Source of the DNA: Macrostomum hystrix
Lineage: Eukaryota; Animalia; Platyhelminthes
Length of the DNA stretch: 64,000 bases
Assembly (NCBI GenBank): GCA_950097015.1
Contig: CATNEN010000008.1
Span: forward strand, 3,968,001 to 4,032,000
Direction of reading: 5' to 3'
Numbering within the stretch: position 1 is the stretch's first letter; the number at the start of each line of letters is the position of its first letter. A program made the translations under genes and the position numbers. The notes under the pieces are model-generated. The model made no database searches. It saw nothing but the letters and a program-made list of their open reading frames with translations, and was not told where the DNA came from. Below are positions 1-13,408 of this stretch, in pieces.

Positions 1-237
1 TGTTAATAAATTATGCTAATGACCAAGACTGGGGATGTTTTCACCCAGACAAAGACTGGTCATTACATTATACCTAATATTTGGGATTTGTATTGACCAA
101 TCTAAATGACCAAAGTTGACAAAGAAAATGGCCAAAAATGACCAAACTCAAATTGATTTTGACCTATTTAAATGACCAAAGCTAGAACTAGTATGACCAG
201 TCCGAATGACCTTACTCGGATTGGTGTAGTGAACTAA

Positions 238-378
238 ATGACCAAGACTCGGAGTGGTTATGACCAAGACTCGGAGTGGTTATGACCAAGACTCGGAGTG
301 GTTATGACCAAGACTCGGAGCGGTTATGACCAAGACTCGGAGCGGTTATCACCAAGACTCGGAGTGGTTATGACCAAG
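238..378. repeat. 22-bp minisatellite (ATGACCAAGACTCGGAGTGGTT), about 6 copies
   Basis: Visible tandem units; degenerate ATGACCAA motifs extend to the window start. Confidence 0.95.
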
Positions 379-463
379 TTTATTTATAGTAAACATATTT
401 AATAATATGAGAGGGATTATGACGGAATCGCACAAAAATCAATGAACAATTTTCCCATTCCAG

Positions 464-3400
464 GCAAACCGCTCTAAACGCAATCGAAGCCGAGACAAAG
501 GATTTGCGCGCCGAGAAAGTTGTAGCCGAGCGCCGCCTGGCCGGCCTTCAAAAGGACGCCAACGCCAAGCGTTCGGTCCGAGACTTGGCCCGTACAGAGC
601 TGGACATCCTGCTCAGCGGTCAGACTAGAGCTCTGCAACGCCTGGACGCAGCCAAGCAGGACGCTGACGGTGTTGAACGAGCCCTGGCCGACAAGATCGG
701 CATGAGGGACCGTGCGGCCAAGGAGGCGCCTGAGATGCAGCGAAGTCTGGAGCGGGCCAAGCGCGACTCTGCCGCCTTGGAGCAACGCGAAGCCGGCCTA
801 GCCGAGGAGGCGCGCGGACTGCGAGTTCGAGTCGACGAGGCCAGGCGTCAGCTGGAGCAGCGCAGCCAGAGTCGGGTGCTCCAGGCGCTGCTTGAGCAGA
901 AGAAGAGAGGCAAATTCACCGGCGTGCGAGGCCGGCTGGGCGACCTTGGAGCCATCGATGAGCGGTGAGAAGATTGACTCGGTGGTGGCGACTGACAACA
1001 AAGGTGGTTTGTTGATTGACAGCTGGGGTTGATTGTTGATTGACAGCTGCGGTTGATTGTTGATTGACAGCTGCGGTTGATTGTTGATTGACAGCTGAGT
1101 TTGATTGTTGATTGGCAGCTATTCTTGGAATATTGACAGCTATTCTTGGAATATTGACAGCTAGTATTCTTGGAATATTGACAGCTAGTATTCTTGGAAT
1201 ATTGACAGCTAGTATTCTTGGAATATTGACAGCTAGTATTCTTGGAATATTGACAGCTAAGGTTTAATTCCCAACCAATATCCAACTGTAGATACGATGT
1301 GGCCATGAGCACAGCCTGCGGCCCTCTCGATGACATTGTGGTTGACAACATCGCCACTGGTGAGGCGTGCGTTCGATTCCTCAAGGAGCAGAGGATAGGC
1401 ACCGCCACGTTTATCGCGCTGGACAAGATGGAGCAGTGGTCCACCGAGTCGGCTAAGAAGTGCAACACTCCCATTCCGAGGCTGTTCGACCTGCTGCAGG
1501 TGCCGGATCCCAAGGTGCGGAACGCGTTTTATTACGCAATTCGCGACACCCTAGTTGCTAAGGACCTGGACGAGGCGACCAGGGTGGCCTACGGCACGCC
1601 CAGGTACCGGGTGGTGTCCGAGCAGGGCGGCCTGATTGAACTGTCCGGCACTATGAGCGGCGGTGGTAGGCCCACCAGGTGACATAATTGCTGCAATGCT
1701 GTCTCCCTGATTTAGCATGAAATCCCCGAATGCCATTCGTAACCCACTAATCTACTGTATTTCAGAGGCCGTATTGGCACTAGAGTCAATCTGGACGCCT
1801 CCACAGTCGGTTCCGCGATGGCAGGCGGCGGCGGCGGGGAAGAATCCGCCCAGGAGGCCGAGCGCCGACTAGCCGAGCTCACCTCGCAGCTCAACGCCCT
1901 GCGCGACGAGCGGGCCCGCCTTGGCGAGACCATTGGTGGCCTGGAGCGCGACCTGCGCCAGATGGCTCGCAATTCGGATGCCGTTGAGCGAGAAGTCGCT
2001 CGTCTAGAGGAGCGCCGGCGCGCAGCCCGCGAGGTTCTAGCCGACGCCGAGAGGCGCGCAGCGGAGGCGGAGCCGGACGCCGACGCTCTGGCTAAGCTGC
2101 GAGAGCGCCTTGAATCCGCCGAGATCGAGCAGAAGACCAGCGCCGAGGCGGCCGGCAAGGCCGAGTCGGAGGTGGCCCAGCTGGATAGTCGCATTATGGA
2201 GGTCGGCGGAGCTAGGCTGCAGGTGCGGATGCTGCTGATTTTTTATCGGTGATCCACTGATTATCAGTATATTCCAGATTGTAGTTAGTGGAATCTCTCG
2301 AGGAATAATATTTCCTATATAAAATACCCTGTATAGATAGAGAATTCCCAGGTGGATTTAAGGAATTCCCAGTGTAACTATGGAATTCAATTATTCATAG
2401 GCAATCCCCATTTTAGATTAACAATTCCAAGGGTAGCTAGGGAATTGCACTTGTAGCTAGGGGATTGCCCTTGTTGCTAGGGAATTGCACTTGTAGCTAG
2501 GGAATCGCCCTTGTAGCTAGGGAATCGCCCTTGTAGCTAGGGAATCGCCCTTGTAGCTAGGGGATTGCCCTTGTTGCTAGGGAATTGCCCCTGTAGCTAG
2601 GGGATTGCCCTTGTAGCAAGGGAATCGCCCTTGTAGCTAGGGGATTGCCCTTGTTGCTAGGGAATTGCCCCTGTAGCTAGGGGATTGCCCTTGTAGCTAG
2701 GGGATTGCCCTTGTAGCTAGGGAATTGCCCTTGTTGCTAGGGAATTGCCCCTGTAGCTAGGGAATTGCCCTTGTAGCTAGGGAATTGCCCCTGTAGCTAG
2801 GGAATTGCCCTTGTAGCTAGGGGATTGCCCTTGTAGCTAGGGAATTTCCCCTGTAGCTAGGGAATTGCCTTTGTAGCTAGGGAATTGCCCTTGTTGCTAG
2901 GGAATTGCCCTTGTAGCTAGGGTATAGCCTTTGTAGCTAGGGAATAGCCCTTGTAGCTAGGGAATTGCCCTTTTAGCTAGGTGATTGCCCTTGTAGCTAG
3001 GGAATAGCCCTTGTTGCTAGGGAATTGCCCCTGTAGCTAGGGAATTGCCCTTGTAGCTAGGGAATTGCCCCTGTAGCTAGGGAATCGCCCTTGTAGCTAG
3101 GGGATTGCCCTTGTAGCTAGGGAATTGCCCTTATTGCTAGGGAATCCCCGATATAGTTTCGAAATCTCTAATAATGGCTAGAGAATCCCATTTTACATAG
3201 GGAATCCCTATTGTAGCTTGGTAATTCCCAATGTAGCAAGGGAATTCCAATTGTAGCGAGGAAATCTCCTGGCTAGCTTCGAAATCACTAGGAAATTCCC
3301 TGTGTATCAGGTAAATCCCCATCGTTGCTCGTTAATCCCAGTGATTATTAACTGAGGAACTGGCGAATATTTTTATATAGCTACTGAACAATCCCAAACA

Positions 3401-5906
3401 CAGAGGGGTCGGTGGCAGAGCGGTTACCGCGTTTGCCTCTCGCGCCAAGGTCCCTGAGCTCGATTCCGCGCTGAGGCCACATTTATTTGGGGCGCAGCCG
3501 CGGAGAGAAGGCTTGGGGGCTTGTCGTGCAATTTACCCCCTCCAAGGCACAGTGAAGTGTACACTGACTGACGACGAGAAATTCTTTTTTTGTAGATTTT
3601 TTAACTCCAATGAACAAAACTGAAATTCTCAGGTAATTCAAAGCCGCCTGGACACAGTGCTGGCCGAGATCAAGAAGCAGAAGGCTCTGTCCACCAAAGT
3701 TAAAGTGGCCGCCAGCACGGCAGAACGGAAGGTAATAAAACATTGGCGACAAAGGATTTCCTTCATGGTTTTCTAAGAAAAGCTCGCTTTTTTGTAACCG
3801 CCGGCAGGTGCGCGAATCCGAGGAGCGGCTGGCCCGCCTAGAAACTGAACGCGAAGAATGCAAGAGTCGCTTAGCAACCATCGGCGAGCGCATGACCCAG
3901 CTGGAGGGCGAGTGTCAGGACCTGATGAATCGGCACAAGGAGGCCCAGGAGGAGGTGAAGAAATGGCAGGCGAAGGTTGACGGTATGAAGGCCGAGTTAG
4001 AGGACCTGGAGAAGGAGGAGCAGTCCTTGCGCAAGCTCGAGGTGGAATTGCGTCACAAGCTGCAGTCAGTGGCCGGCGTCGTCGAGGAGCACGAAAGAAA
4101 GCGGCGCGGCTGGGAGCGCGAGCTGCAGCAGCTGCGCCTGCACCGCATTCAGGACGACGAGGAGGAGGCTGCCGAGGAAGCCGAGCGGGAGCGGCGCAGG
4201 CGGGAGGAGGCCGAAGCTGCGGCTGCTGCCAACGCCGCCGTCAATACGGAAGAAGACGAGGACAATGAGGCTGAAGACGAAGACGATGATGGTGAGGAAT
4301 CGTCATCCTCAGATGATGAAGAAGAGGAGGATGAGGAGGCAGAAGCAGCCGAGATGGAAGTCGACCCAAATGAAAGTCAGGAGGAGGAGGTTGAGGAGGC
4401 TTCTGGGACGGAAGAAGATCAGCAGATGCAGCTTGTACCGGTTGATGCCGCTGAAGAAGATCCAGATAAGGCCGAGAGCAGCCACGATGAAGATGACGAG
4501 GACAATGTCACGGTGAAATCTGAGCCGCTGTCGGAGACGGCAGCCGGGCCGCCGCGAAGCAAGCGGAGGCGCACGGATGAAGGCGTCGCGGTGCAGCTGG
4601 ATTCTCCGGCCAACAAGAAGGCGGGAGACAATAAAAAGCAGAAGAATTCTGCTTCGAAAAAGAAGGCCGACAAGAAGCGACAGCAGAAGAGAAAGGAGAA
4701 GAAACCAGCTCAAGCTGAGGAGGCTCAGCAGCAGCAGGCGCAGCCAAAATTCTCAGTTGAGAACATGTGGAAGCTGCCCACTTTGACCGAAGCCGAGCTG
4801 GACGAGCTGCGCAACAGCGGCCTCCGCACCCGGATCCAGCAGCTGGAGGACGAGACTGGCCGGATGCAGCCGGACATGAGCGCCCTGGATGAGTACAGGC
4901 AGAAGGAGGCCGCCTACCTGGCCAAGGTGGCCGAGCTGGACCGGGTCACCGGGGTGCGCGATGAGCAGCGTCAATTGCACAACGACTGGCGCCAAGCCCG
5001 CTTGGCCGAGTTTATGAGCGGCTTCCGGACCATCACCGGCAAGCTGAAGGAGATGTACCAGGTAAGACTGCGTTTTCAGATGCGCGCATCACTCCACTTT
5101 GGTGTTTTTAACTTGGACAGACAAAGTCAAGATTTGTTCTGTCTGAGCTTAAACATATTCTTTTCCCGGAAGATGTAGTATCCCTTTTCCGTGATGCTTA
5201 AAATTATGCATTAATTTACCTTCCCATCACATTCCCCTAATTCTAAAGATCCTGTACATCTAACATTTCAGATTCTCTTCTTCTAATCTTTGAGAGTTCC
5301 CCTAATCCTTCAGATTCTCTTCTTCTAATCCTTCAGATCTTCTTCTAATAATCCTCCAAAATCCTCCTCTGTTATGTTATTTTTCTCAGCACCATCCCTA
5401 GACCCCGCTAACCGACTCTGAACTGCCAGATGATCACCATTGGTGGCGACGCGGAGCTGGAGCTGGTGGACTCCCTGGACCCATTCACCGAGGGCGTGGT
5501 GTTCTCGGTGCGGCCGCCAAAGAAGAGCTGGAAATGCATCGGCAACCTGAGCGGCGGCGAGAAGACCCTGAGCTCCCTGGCTCTGGTGTTCGCTCTGCAC
5601 CACTACAAGCCCACGCCACTGTACTTCATGGACGAGATTGACGCTGCCCTGGACTTCAAGAATGTGTCCATTGTGGCCAATTATATTAAACGCTGCGCCC
5701 GCAATGCCCAGTTCATTGTGATCAGCCTGCGCAACAACATGTTTGAACTGTCCGATAGGCTGGTTGGTATCTACAAGACTGACAACTGCACTAAGAGTGT
5801 CACCATTGACCCTGAACTGGTTGCTAGGGCTGCTCATTGGCTCAATTCCGGTTGCTATGCTAGGCGAGTTGGCGCCGGCAACCCTCTGGCTGGCAGTCAG
5901 CCTTAA
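464..5906 (+). CDS. SMC4: Condensin subunit SMC4, 3' part (hinge, C-terminal coiled coil, C-terminal ATPase head); 5' exons lie upstream of the window
   Basis: Phase-compatible GT-AG exons: 464-964, 1292-1678, 1766-2222, 3633-3731, 3808-5061, 5430-5906 (TAA). Hinge motifs GRLGDLGAID, YDVAMSTACGPLDDIVVD and GGLIELSGTMSGGG. Head motifs GGDAELELVDSLDPF, signature LSGGEKTLSSLALVFALHHYKPTPLY and Walker B/D-loop FMDEIDAALD are SMC4-type. Confidence 0.96.
1006..1259. repeat. Compound 24-bp minisatellite in SMC4 intron (two unit types sharing GACAGCT)
   Basis: TTGTTGATTGACAGCTGCGGTTGA units change into GACAGCTAGTATTCTTGGAATATT units. Confidence 0.9.
2428..3145. repeat. 21-bp minisatellite (GGGAATTGCCCTTGTAGCTAG), more than 30 copies, SMC4 intron
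   Basis: Direct reading; degenerate flanks at about 2290-2430 and 3145-3320. Confidence 0.97.
3403..3580 (+). mobile_element. tRNA-headed SINE family A, copy 1 (3'-truncated), in SMC4 intron
   Basis: A-box TGGCAGAGCGG and B-box-like GAGCTCGATTC. The body is colinear with five other copies and has a small internal deletion. Confidence 0.85.
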
Positions 5907-6860
5907 ATTTATAGGAACAACTTCGGCTTTGTGTTTATAGCGTGTGTTTAATTGTGTACTTTTATTCCAGAATCATTTTCTTTATACGAATGCACGTTTT
6001 AATTAATGTATGTTTAAAATCTCTATTCCCCTTTTTCATTTGTTATAAGTTAAAGGGTGGAAAATTTTGATAGAGATGGTGGACTTTCACGAAACTCGGT
6101 CATTCGGTTTGGGAGCTATCGTGAAGTAGGCAAGTCAGTATTTGAAATAACCCCGAGGTCTTTGTCCAGGGGGGAATAACCTGCTCTTTATTCTGTTGAT
6201 AGAAGCAACCGGCGGGATTTAAAATCGCGATTGGATAAATTTAAGGAACCTTATTAGCATGCATTCTAAGAAACCAAATCTTTTTTTCTATTAGAAGACT
6301 ATACTACTTGTGCAGCTGTGTTCAGTAGTAGTTTAGTTTCTAATCCGGTTTTGAATATCCCCCGTGTTTTTAGCCTGTCGAAATTGTTGTTTTGCTGTCA
6401 CCTGTTCTGTGCAGTTAATTATTTTATTTTCCCTACACTTACGCCATATTTTAGTATTTGAATGTTTTAGCATCACTGCTTGTAAGTCATATCAACTTTT
6501 ATATTTTCATTTTTGCTGTCAAAACTAAATGGCATTTTATAAACCGCAAACTTCTAAGTAACTGGCATTTTATGTAACAAAGCTGTGTTTCTGCTAACAT
6601 TTAAATATATATTCGTTGCACACCGCCTAAATAACCGTAATCTATTGCGAGAAATTTTATTTCATGTTGACTTTGTCCTTGCTTTTTTCGTAACTTGCTA
6701 AGTCTTTTATACTCGTATCCTATTAAATCAAACACCAAGACACAACCACAGTGTGCACAGTGTCAGATAATTAAAAAGTCAGGGCACGTGTACGCCTAGC
6801 CTGTGGGTGTGTGTGCTCAAGTTGCTCAGTAGTCGACCGAACGCACAATTTATATCCCTT

Positions 6861-7316
6861 CCCCATGATTCTTCAGACCCCATCCATATAATTCTTATGA
6901 TCCTATCCAAATGATTCTTCAGATCCCCATCCCCATGATTCTTCAGATCCCCATCCCCATGATTCTTCAGATACCTTTCCCCATGATTCTTCAGATCCCC
7001 ATCCCCATGATTCTTCAGATCCCCTTCCCCATGATTCTTCAGATTCCCATCCCCATGATTCTTCAGATCCCCTTCCCCATGATTCTTCAGATTCCCATCC
7101 CCATGATTCTTCAGATCCCCATCCCCATGATTCTTCAGATCCCCATCCCCATGATTCTTCAGATCCCCATCCCCATGATTCTTTAGATGCCCATCCCCAT
7201 GATTCTTCAGATACCTTTCCCCATGATTCTTCAGATTCCCATCCCCATGATTCTTCAGATCCCCATCCCCATGATTCTTCAGATCCCCATCCCCATGATT
7301 CTTCAGATCCCCATCC
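6861..7316. repeat. 24-bp minisatellite (CCCCATGATTCTTCAGATCCCCAT)
   Basis: Direct reading; source of the spurious WGWGSEES and MILQIPIP ORFs. Confidence 0.97.
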
Positions 7317-8897
7317 GCTGCTCACTCACACAACACGGTGACTGAGGTGTGGTTCTTGGTTCTTGAGTCCGCTTGAGGTTGAGAACAGCTGTGAGCTGTT
7401 GCAGAGCACAGTGAAGTTGACGCTCACTGTATTTATGGTGCCTCAATGATTCTTAAAATTCCTGTGAATGATGTGTCAATGCCCAAAGCCCTCCTGCAAT
7501 TGTTATTATTGTTATCCAGCACACTCGGGCACTAGCTCAGGGCGGTCAGTATGGCCCTCTCAGGGTATGGCAGTTTCTCCCGTCACCGCTTTTCCAGGGC
7601 CAGGCAGCAGGGGAGCGATTAGGGCTCGATTAGAACATCTTGGGCCGAACCCAACGCTCTCTGACTTTAGCAGGCACAAAACACTTCCCGCTGCTTGCCC
7701 GGTAACTTTTAAAGATCAACGGCAACAACACACCACCGGAAGTTGTCTGGTTGCCAGGGGCTATCAGAATGAGCGGTTCCTCCGCCTCCCCGCTGAATCT
7801 GAGCATGAAGTGCCGAGTTATTTATTGCGATGGCATTTGGTTTTAACTTTGAAATTTACAAAGCAGATTATTAAGCACATGACTGATTGTTTCACTCAGA
7901 AGACCAATCGTATCCAGGGTTCACAAGTACTGCAATGTATTGTGTGCAATGGTCCACATTCTAGTAGGTAGTGATTAATGTCTTCCTAAATCATAATTTT
8001 TTCACAGCTAGTGTGGAAAGGGTTTTACCATAGACAGTTTGATTCGTGTGCTCACAATGCGCAGGGTTAAATAGTGACTAAATAGAAGGAATTCAAAATA
8101 TGATTTCAAGGATACATGCAATAGAAAGCTGCTAATGATTTTGTGTAAATTAATCAGAGGGAAGGATTTAGAAGCGCTTTAAAAAAACCCTAGGCTTTCA
8201 AAGTTATTTGTACCGAGATAATTCATCCTATATAATGATATAAATAAAATCTCCTATATAGTGTCTTTAAATAAAATGAACTTATAATTTGACACAGGAA
8301 CTCAAAAAACCAGCGGCATAGAGACAAATCGCACAAATTGGCAATGTAGTTCAGGTAGAAACACGCCTGTCTAACAAAAAAGTATGAGCCGACGAGGAAA
8401 GCAAATGAAAATAAAAATCATGCCAAATAAAATTTACCAACATGCAAGAAAAGAAGAGAAAAAATACAGGAAATGTTTCTTTCGCAATTCGTGAACTTAA
8501 GAATGTGTTTTCATATATATTATGGGAAGTTATGCACTTTATTTAAATTAGTGCCAAAAGTTCAATAATAAAACTAAGATAACTTAATTAAGTTAGCTTA
8601 AGCTTGAAAAGGACTCAATATGATAAGAATATATTCCATGCTGGCAACTCTGAAAAGTAGCCAATGTAATTTATGGCACCAGTTTAATCTCCTGACTTAT
8701 CATAATGGTTCCCACGTGAAAACTAGAGTTGTTATATTCAACTAGCAAACCTAATGAAACAAAATCATAGGTTAGATTAAAAACATGAATAAAATTCTGA
8801 GATAAGGAATGAAACAAACAACAATAACCCAGTTTAATATGAGCCGCAGTTTGCAGCTGATCAACTCAGTTAATAAAATTCTGACAGCCAATCCAGC

Positions 8898-9101
<204 letters not shown>

Positions 9102-10807
9102 TTATATGGAAATTTTATATGTGCTTCACAACTGGCCTGTCAGCTTTCTGTTGAAGATCTGGATGCTTAGGTGCTACAACTGAAATAGTTGTTTCAGATA
9201 GTGTGTCATTTTTGGACTAATTTTACTAAGTTAAATTTAAACTTATTGGTAGGCCTAGTAAAACAGTTGATGATTTTACATTAAAATGTTTAAAATATAC
9301 AAAATAATTTTTATTACTAAAAGTACTACACGGGAAATGTTTGAAAATGAAAGCCATATAAGATGCAATTATATCAAGTCTCTTTTTTAATTTCTAACAC
9401 TGACAAATATACATTAATATTAATTATTTCGATCTATAATATCAAACTTACTATAGTAATTTTATCAATTCAAAACAGGCAACAATTTTTATAGAAAATG
9501 TCTTGAATAATGATTTAATCTATAAAATGTCTATCCCATAGTACAGTTCATGTAGTGCATGCAGGAAAAAATTGGCATGCATGGCTTGTATTTGAATAGT
9601 TATCTAATTTGTTACATGTATAAGCATATATGCATTAGTATTGTCCTGAATTACAAAATAATATAAAAGTAACAGTATAAATCCTATAAAAATTGCAGTA
9701 GGCCTAAACATTAACATTGTTAGATCAACCTTCTAAGAACTGACTTTGCATGACTAAAACAAAACATTCTGTTAGCTGTGTAAAGTTTTCTAGTTTTTGT
9801 AAATTGGACTATAAATACTTGAAATTGAATAATTGTTAATGCTCTATTGCTTAAAGTTAAATTAAAAAATGCTAACAACTTTGCCTTTTAAGCAAAAAAA
9901 TATGGTATGTGGTGGACAATTAGGCCTAACATGCAACTGGCCAGAGCCAGAGCAGTGGCACCAATACTACTCAACCTCAGTTAAGTTGAGGTGGGGTTGG
10001 TGCACCCAGCCAGCTGGCTTGCTAAGCTAGGGGGTTGCAAAGTTGCACCACTTTTTGCACTTCCCTGGGCCTCTCTATCCTGTGCTCTTTTGTTTATATA
10101 AATATAGGTGCAATGCAGCATAAATTTTCAGTACCATCCTATCTTGAAAAAAGGCCTTCCACCTTAGGTACATCTTTTTCAAATTTCTGTGGACTGATAT
10201 GTCATGATGTAGATGTTTCTACATGCCATACTGGAGTGCAATTCAAAAACTGTCTTAGGCCTAGCTTGCCTTGTAAATATAATTTCCCCTTTATATTTTC
10301 TGGTATACACCCCATAGTGTGGACCATGTTGGGTGAACTGCAGAAAGAAAATAGGAAAATATTGATTTTCATGCCCAGGTTGGACTATTTTTTATTATAC
10401 ACCATGCCTATGGTACACCAGCATGGTGTGCAGAAACATGTGCATCAGGACAAAACTAAAAATTGTAAGGACATAGTTGTTTGTATTTGTATTTCACTAA
10501 ATTTTACATATTAACAGTCTAATTGAAAAATTATGAATATTTACATAGCAGACAGAACACTTTGTTTGAGTTACCCAAAGTCTCTAATGATTGATATCGA
10601 ATTTTAAAGTATATTGCTACAGTTCTTACAGTTTTCACTATTTTATTACTATTTTATTGTACAAACTATGACTATCACATGCTGATATTATATACATATA
10701 AACTAGCAGCACAATTGATCACTTTTTTGAAATGCATGAATACACACAATGCATGCTAAGGTGCATGCTGATGCCAACCCCTTGTAATATATATCAATGC
10801 TTGCTAT

Positions 10808-11262
10808 CAGGGTAGCTATTCAGGGAATTCCCGGATTTTTTTTGACAGAAGGCAAAAATTCCCAGGTGATGGAAGAGGAAATGTGATAGGAAAAGTGACA
10901 GGAAAATGAGCCGGATAGTGAAAAAAAGAGGGGGGACTTCCTCACAGACATTTAACTAAGTTAAGGGGGGTTTAACTTTTGTTGGAGCAACCAGGCTCTG
11001 GAGGTTGCGGGAGTTCCTGGTGGCTAGGATGGGTTTGTGAAGTCTGTTTAGACCTCACTTTATATTTTTGTTTGAGTCTAAAATGATGAGAAAACTAATA
11101 TATTGTCATTGAACATGCCATATAATATTTTATGCACTCAGTGATATGTCATTCTAGAAAAATTCCTGGGGATTTCCCGGTTTTCCCAGATCTCCTGGGT
11201 AGGGGTCAAAATTCCAAGGGATTTCCCGGTTTTCCAGGTTTTCATGGCCTGGGGCTAACCTG
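10808..11262. mobile_element. Non-autonomous DNA element (MITE-like)
   Basis: Termini CAGGGTAGC / GCTAACCTG (8/9 inverted match). TGCTAT lies directly outside both ends. Repeated GGGA(A/T)TTCCCGG subterminal motifs. Confidence 0.6.
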
Positions 11263-13254
11263 TGCTATGCACTACATTTATGCCCAAAGTAAATTCACTA
11301 CATGATCTGGGCTAGGCATATGGGACTGTACCCAACATGATCTAGACTATGGTATCTATCAAGTGTATTAGTCTAACTCTTTAAAGTTGAAATAGGCCAT
11401 AGAATATATTGTAATCTGGCAAACTGACACAAATTAAAATAAATAGCTACTAGGCAAATAGAAAAAGGTAGCTAGCAAACTCCATAAAATATGTTCTGAA
11501 TCACTTCTAGTACACTTAACTAGGCATGTATAAAAATAATTGAGATTTGAGTAAATAGTAATAATACATATATGATGATTTGTAAATCCTAATTGTATGC
11601 CATTATATATATGTATATATAACATAAATAATAATATAATATAAATACAACTACTGTTTCAGAATTTTAACTGACTACTAAAAACCAAGTTTTACTTATT
11701 AAAGTTATATTATTATTGCAATGGAAGAGGAAGGGGTATAAGAGCAGGAATTAGAACTCGGCAGGCCTTATCTAAACTTGCCGAGATTAGATAAGCGACA
11801 GCAATATGGAATTAAGCAGTGCAAGTGCAGTAAAGTGCTGATTTAAAAGCAGCACACATGTTGTAACATATCTTGTGTTGTGTTTCGTGATTTGCAAACT
11901 GGATCTTCTATAAATAGGTCTACCTCTTTAAAAAGTATTTACACACTAAGAAAACGCCGAATCTAAGAATTTACTTCACTAGCATTTAATTTTAGCGAAG
12001 GACAGATGTTCAGTTCAGCAAATCTTTAGATCAGGCGGCAGAATTTGAATGGAAAGATCAGCAATCTTTCAAAATGGTTTACAGGAAACATACATCTTGC
12101 TTTTATTAACTATTCGTTAATTTTATTTTAAAAATAGCAGGCATAAAAGCAGAATTATTTTGTAAGAAACGGACTATGCTTTACCTTCTTAATTGCAGAA
12201 GATCCGATACTTTGTTGAAATAATTAGCAAACGAATATTACGAAGATTTCATATTTTTTTCAACTTAGCTCTAATATATTAGAGTCGGTGCGTTATTTGT
12301 TCGAAATATTAGGGGGCTTGCTTTTAAATCAAGACGATAATTCATTACCAGATTAAAATAATTACCTAGCGTATTTCATATGCAAATTTTCTTGAATTTG
12401 AAGTTCGATTTGGACTGTAAGCAATAAATGTACTAATATCACTTCTAGCAGAACCCATGCAATCCCTCGCCCAACTTGAGAAACTTACGTGCAGCTGTGC
12501 CCTGCTGGAGTAGACAGTAATAATTTACTAATGTGTGTCCATTTTGCTCCAAGATATCTGAAAGCTGCTTCTGAATTCAATGTACATAAATCAATTGGAT
12601 CAATGTCCGTCATGACTGTTGCATATATGTAGAATACAATCTACAATTGCATTCGCTTTATTCACACGAACCCTAATTGTGAATTACAGAAGGCCAATCT
12701 TCAGCTTCGTATTAGGTAAATTAATGCTAAATAAGAAATAATTTATGGGGCAATCGGAAGGGTCACGACAATCTCCATTCCCATATGCTTTAAAAGCGAC
12801 GCGTTTCTAAAGAGCAGCTATAGTTCATGCAGATATTGCTCTGCAAAATGCTTGTTGCAGAAAGCACGAAAGCCTCATGACGTGCGCACATGGATGCAGA
12901 AAATTGGTCTCTGTCAGAGGGCCCGGCTTACACACGACGCGAGGGAGAGTGGGAGAGGAAATGAGTGCTAAAGACAAATGAGCGATATAATTCATGGCCG
13001 ACGACATGCACAGCGCATATATATAATGAGTAAATATACATAAGTTTATTTTCCTTAGAACAGGGAGCGCGTTCGAGCCCAGGGCAAGCACCGAGTGTAG
13101 CTGCAACTAAGCTTTGTGAATTGTGCAGCACACGTGTGCTGTAATATCATTCGAACATACCTAACATCACTGTGACATACCTGCTGACATTGCTGTTACA
13201 CACCTGACATCAATCTAACATACTTGACATCACTGCACGGGATTTATCTGACAT

Positions 13255-13408
13255 CCCAGTGATTTACTTGATGTCCCTGTGATTTACCTGGCATCCCTGT
13301 GATTTACCTGTCATCCCTGTGATTTACCTGTCATCCCTGTGATTTACCTGTCATCCCTGTGATTTACCTGTCATCCCTGTGATTTACCTGACATCCCTCT
13401 GATTTACA
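13255..13408. repeat. 20-bp minisatellite (CCCTGTGATTTACCTGTCAT)
   Basis: About 7 visible units. Confidence 0.9.

Noticed and set aside
3403-3480. tRNA gene calls for the SINE heads
   Set aside because: There is no complete cloverleaf or acceptor stem, the B box is altered, and the sequence continues into a shared 300-bp body with TSDs.
474-5837. Antisense and alternative-frame ORFs overlapping SMC4, LOXHD1-like and other GC-rich exons
   Set aside because: These are shadow ORFs expected from GC-rich codon usage, with no recognisable motifs.
7468-7971. 167-aa ORF between SMC4 and SERP1
   Set aside because: No motif or splice context; the moderately GC-rich part looks like a repeat remnant with an (AAT/AAC) tail on the minus strand.
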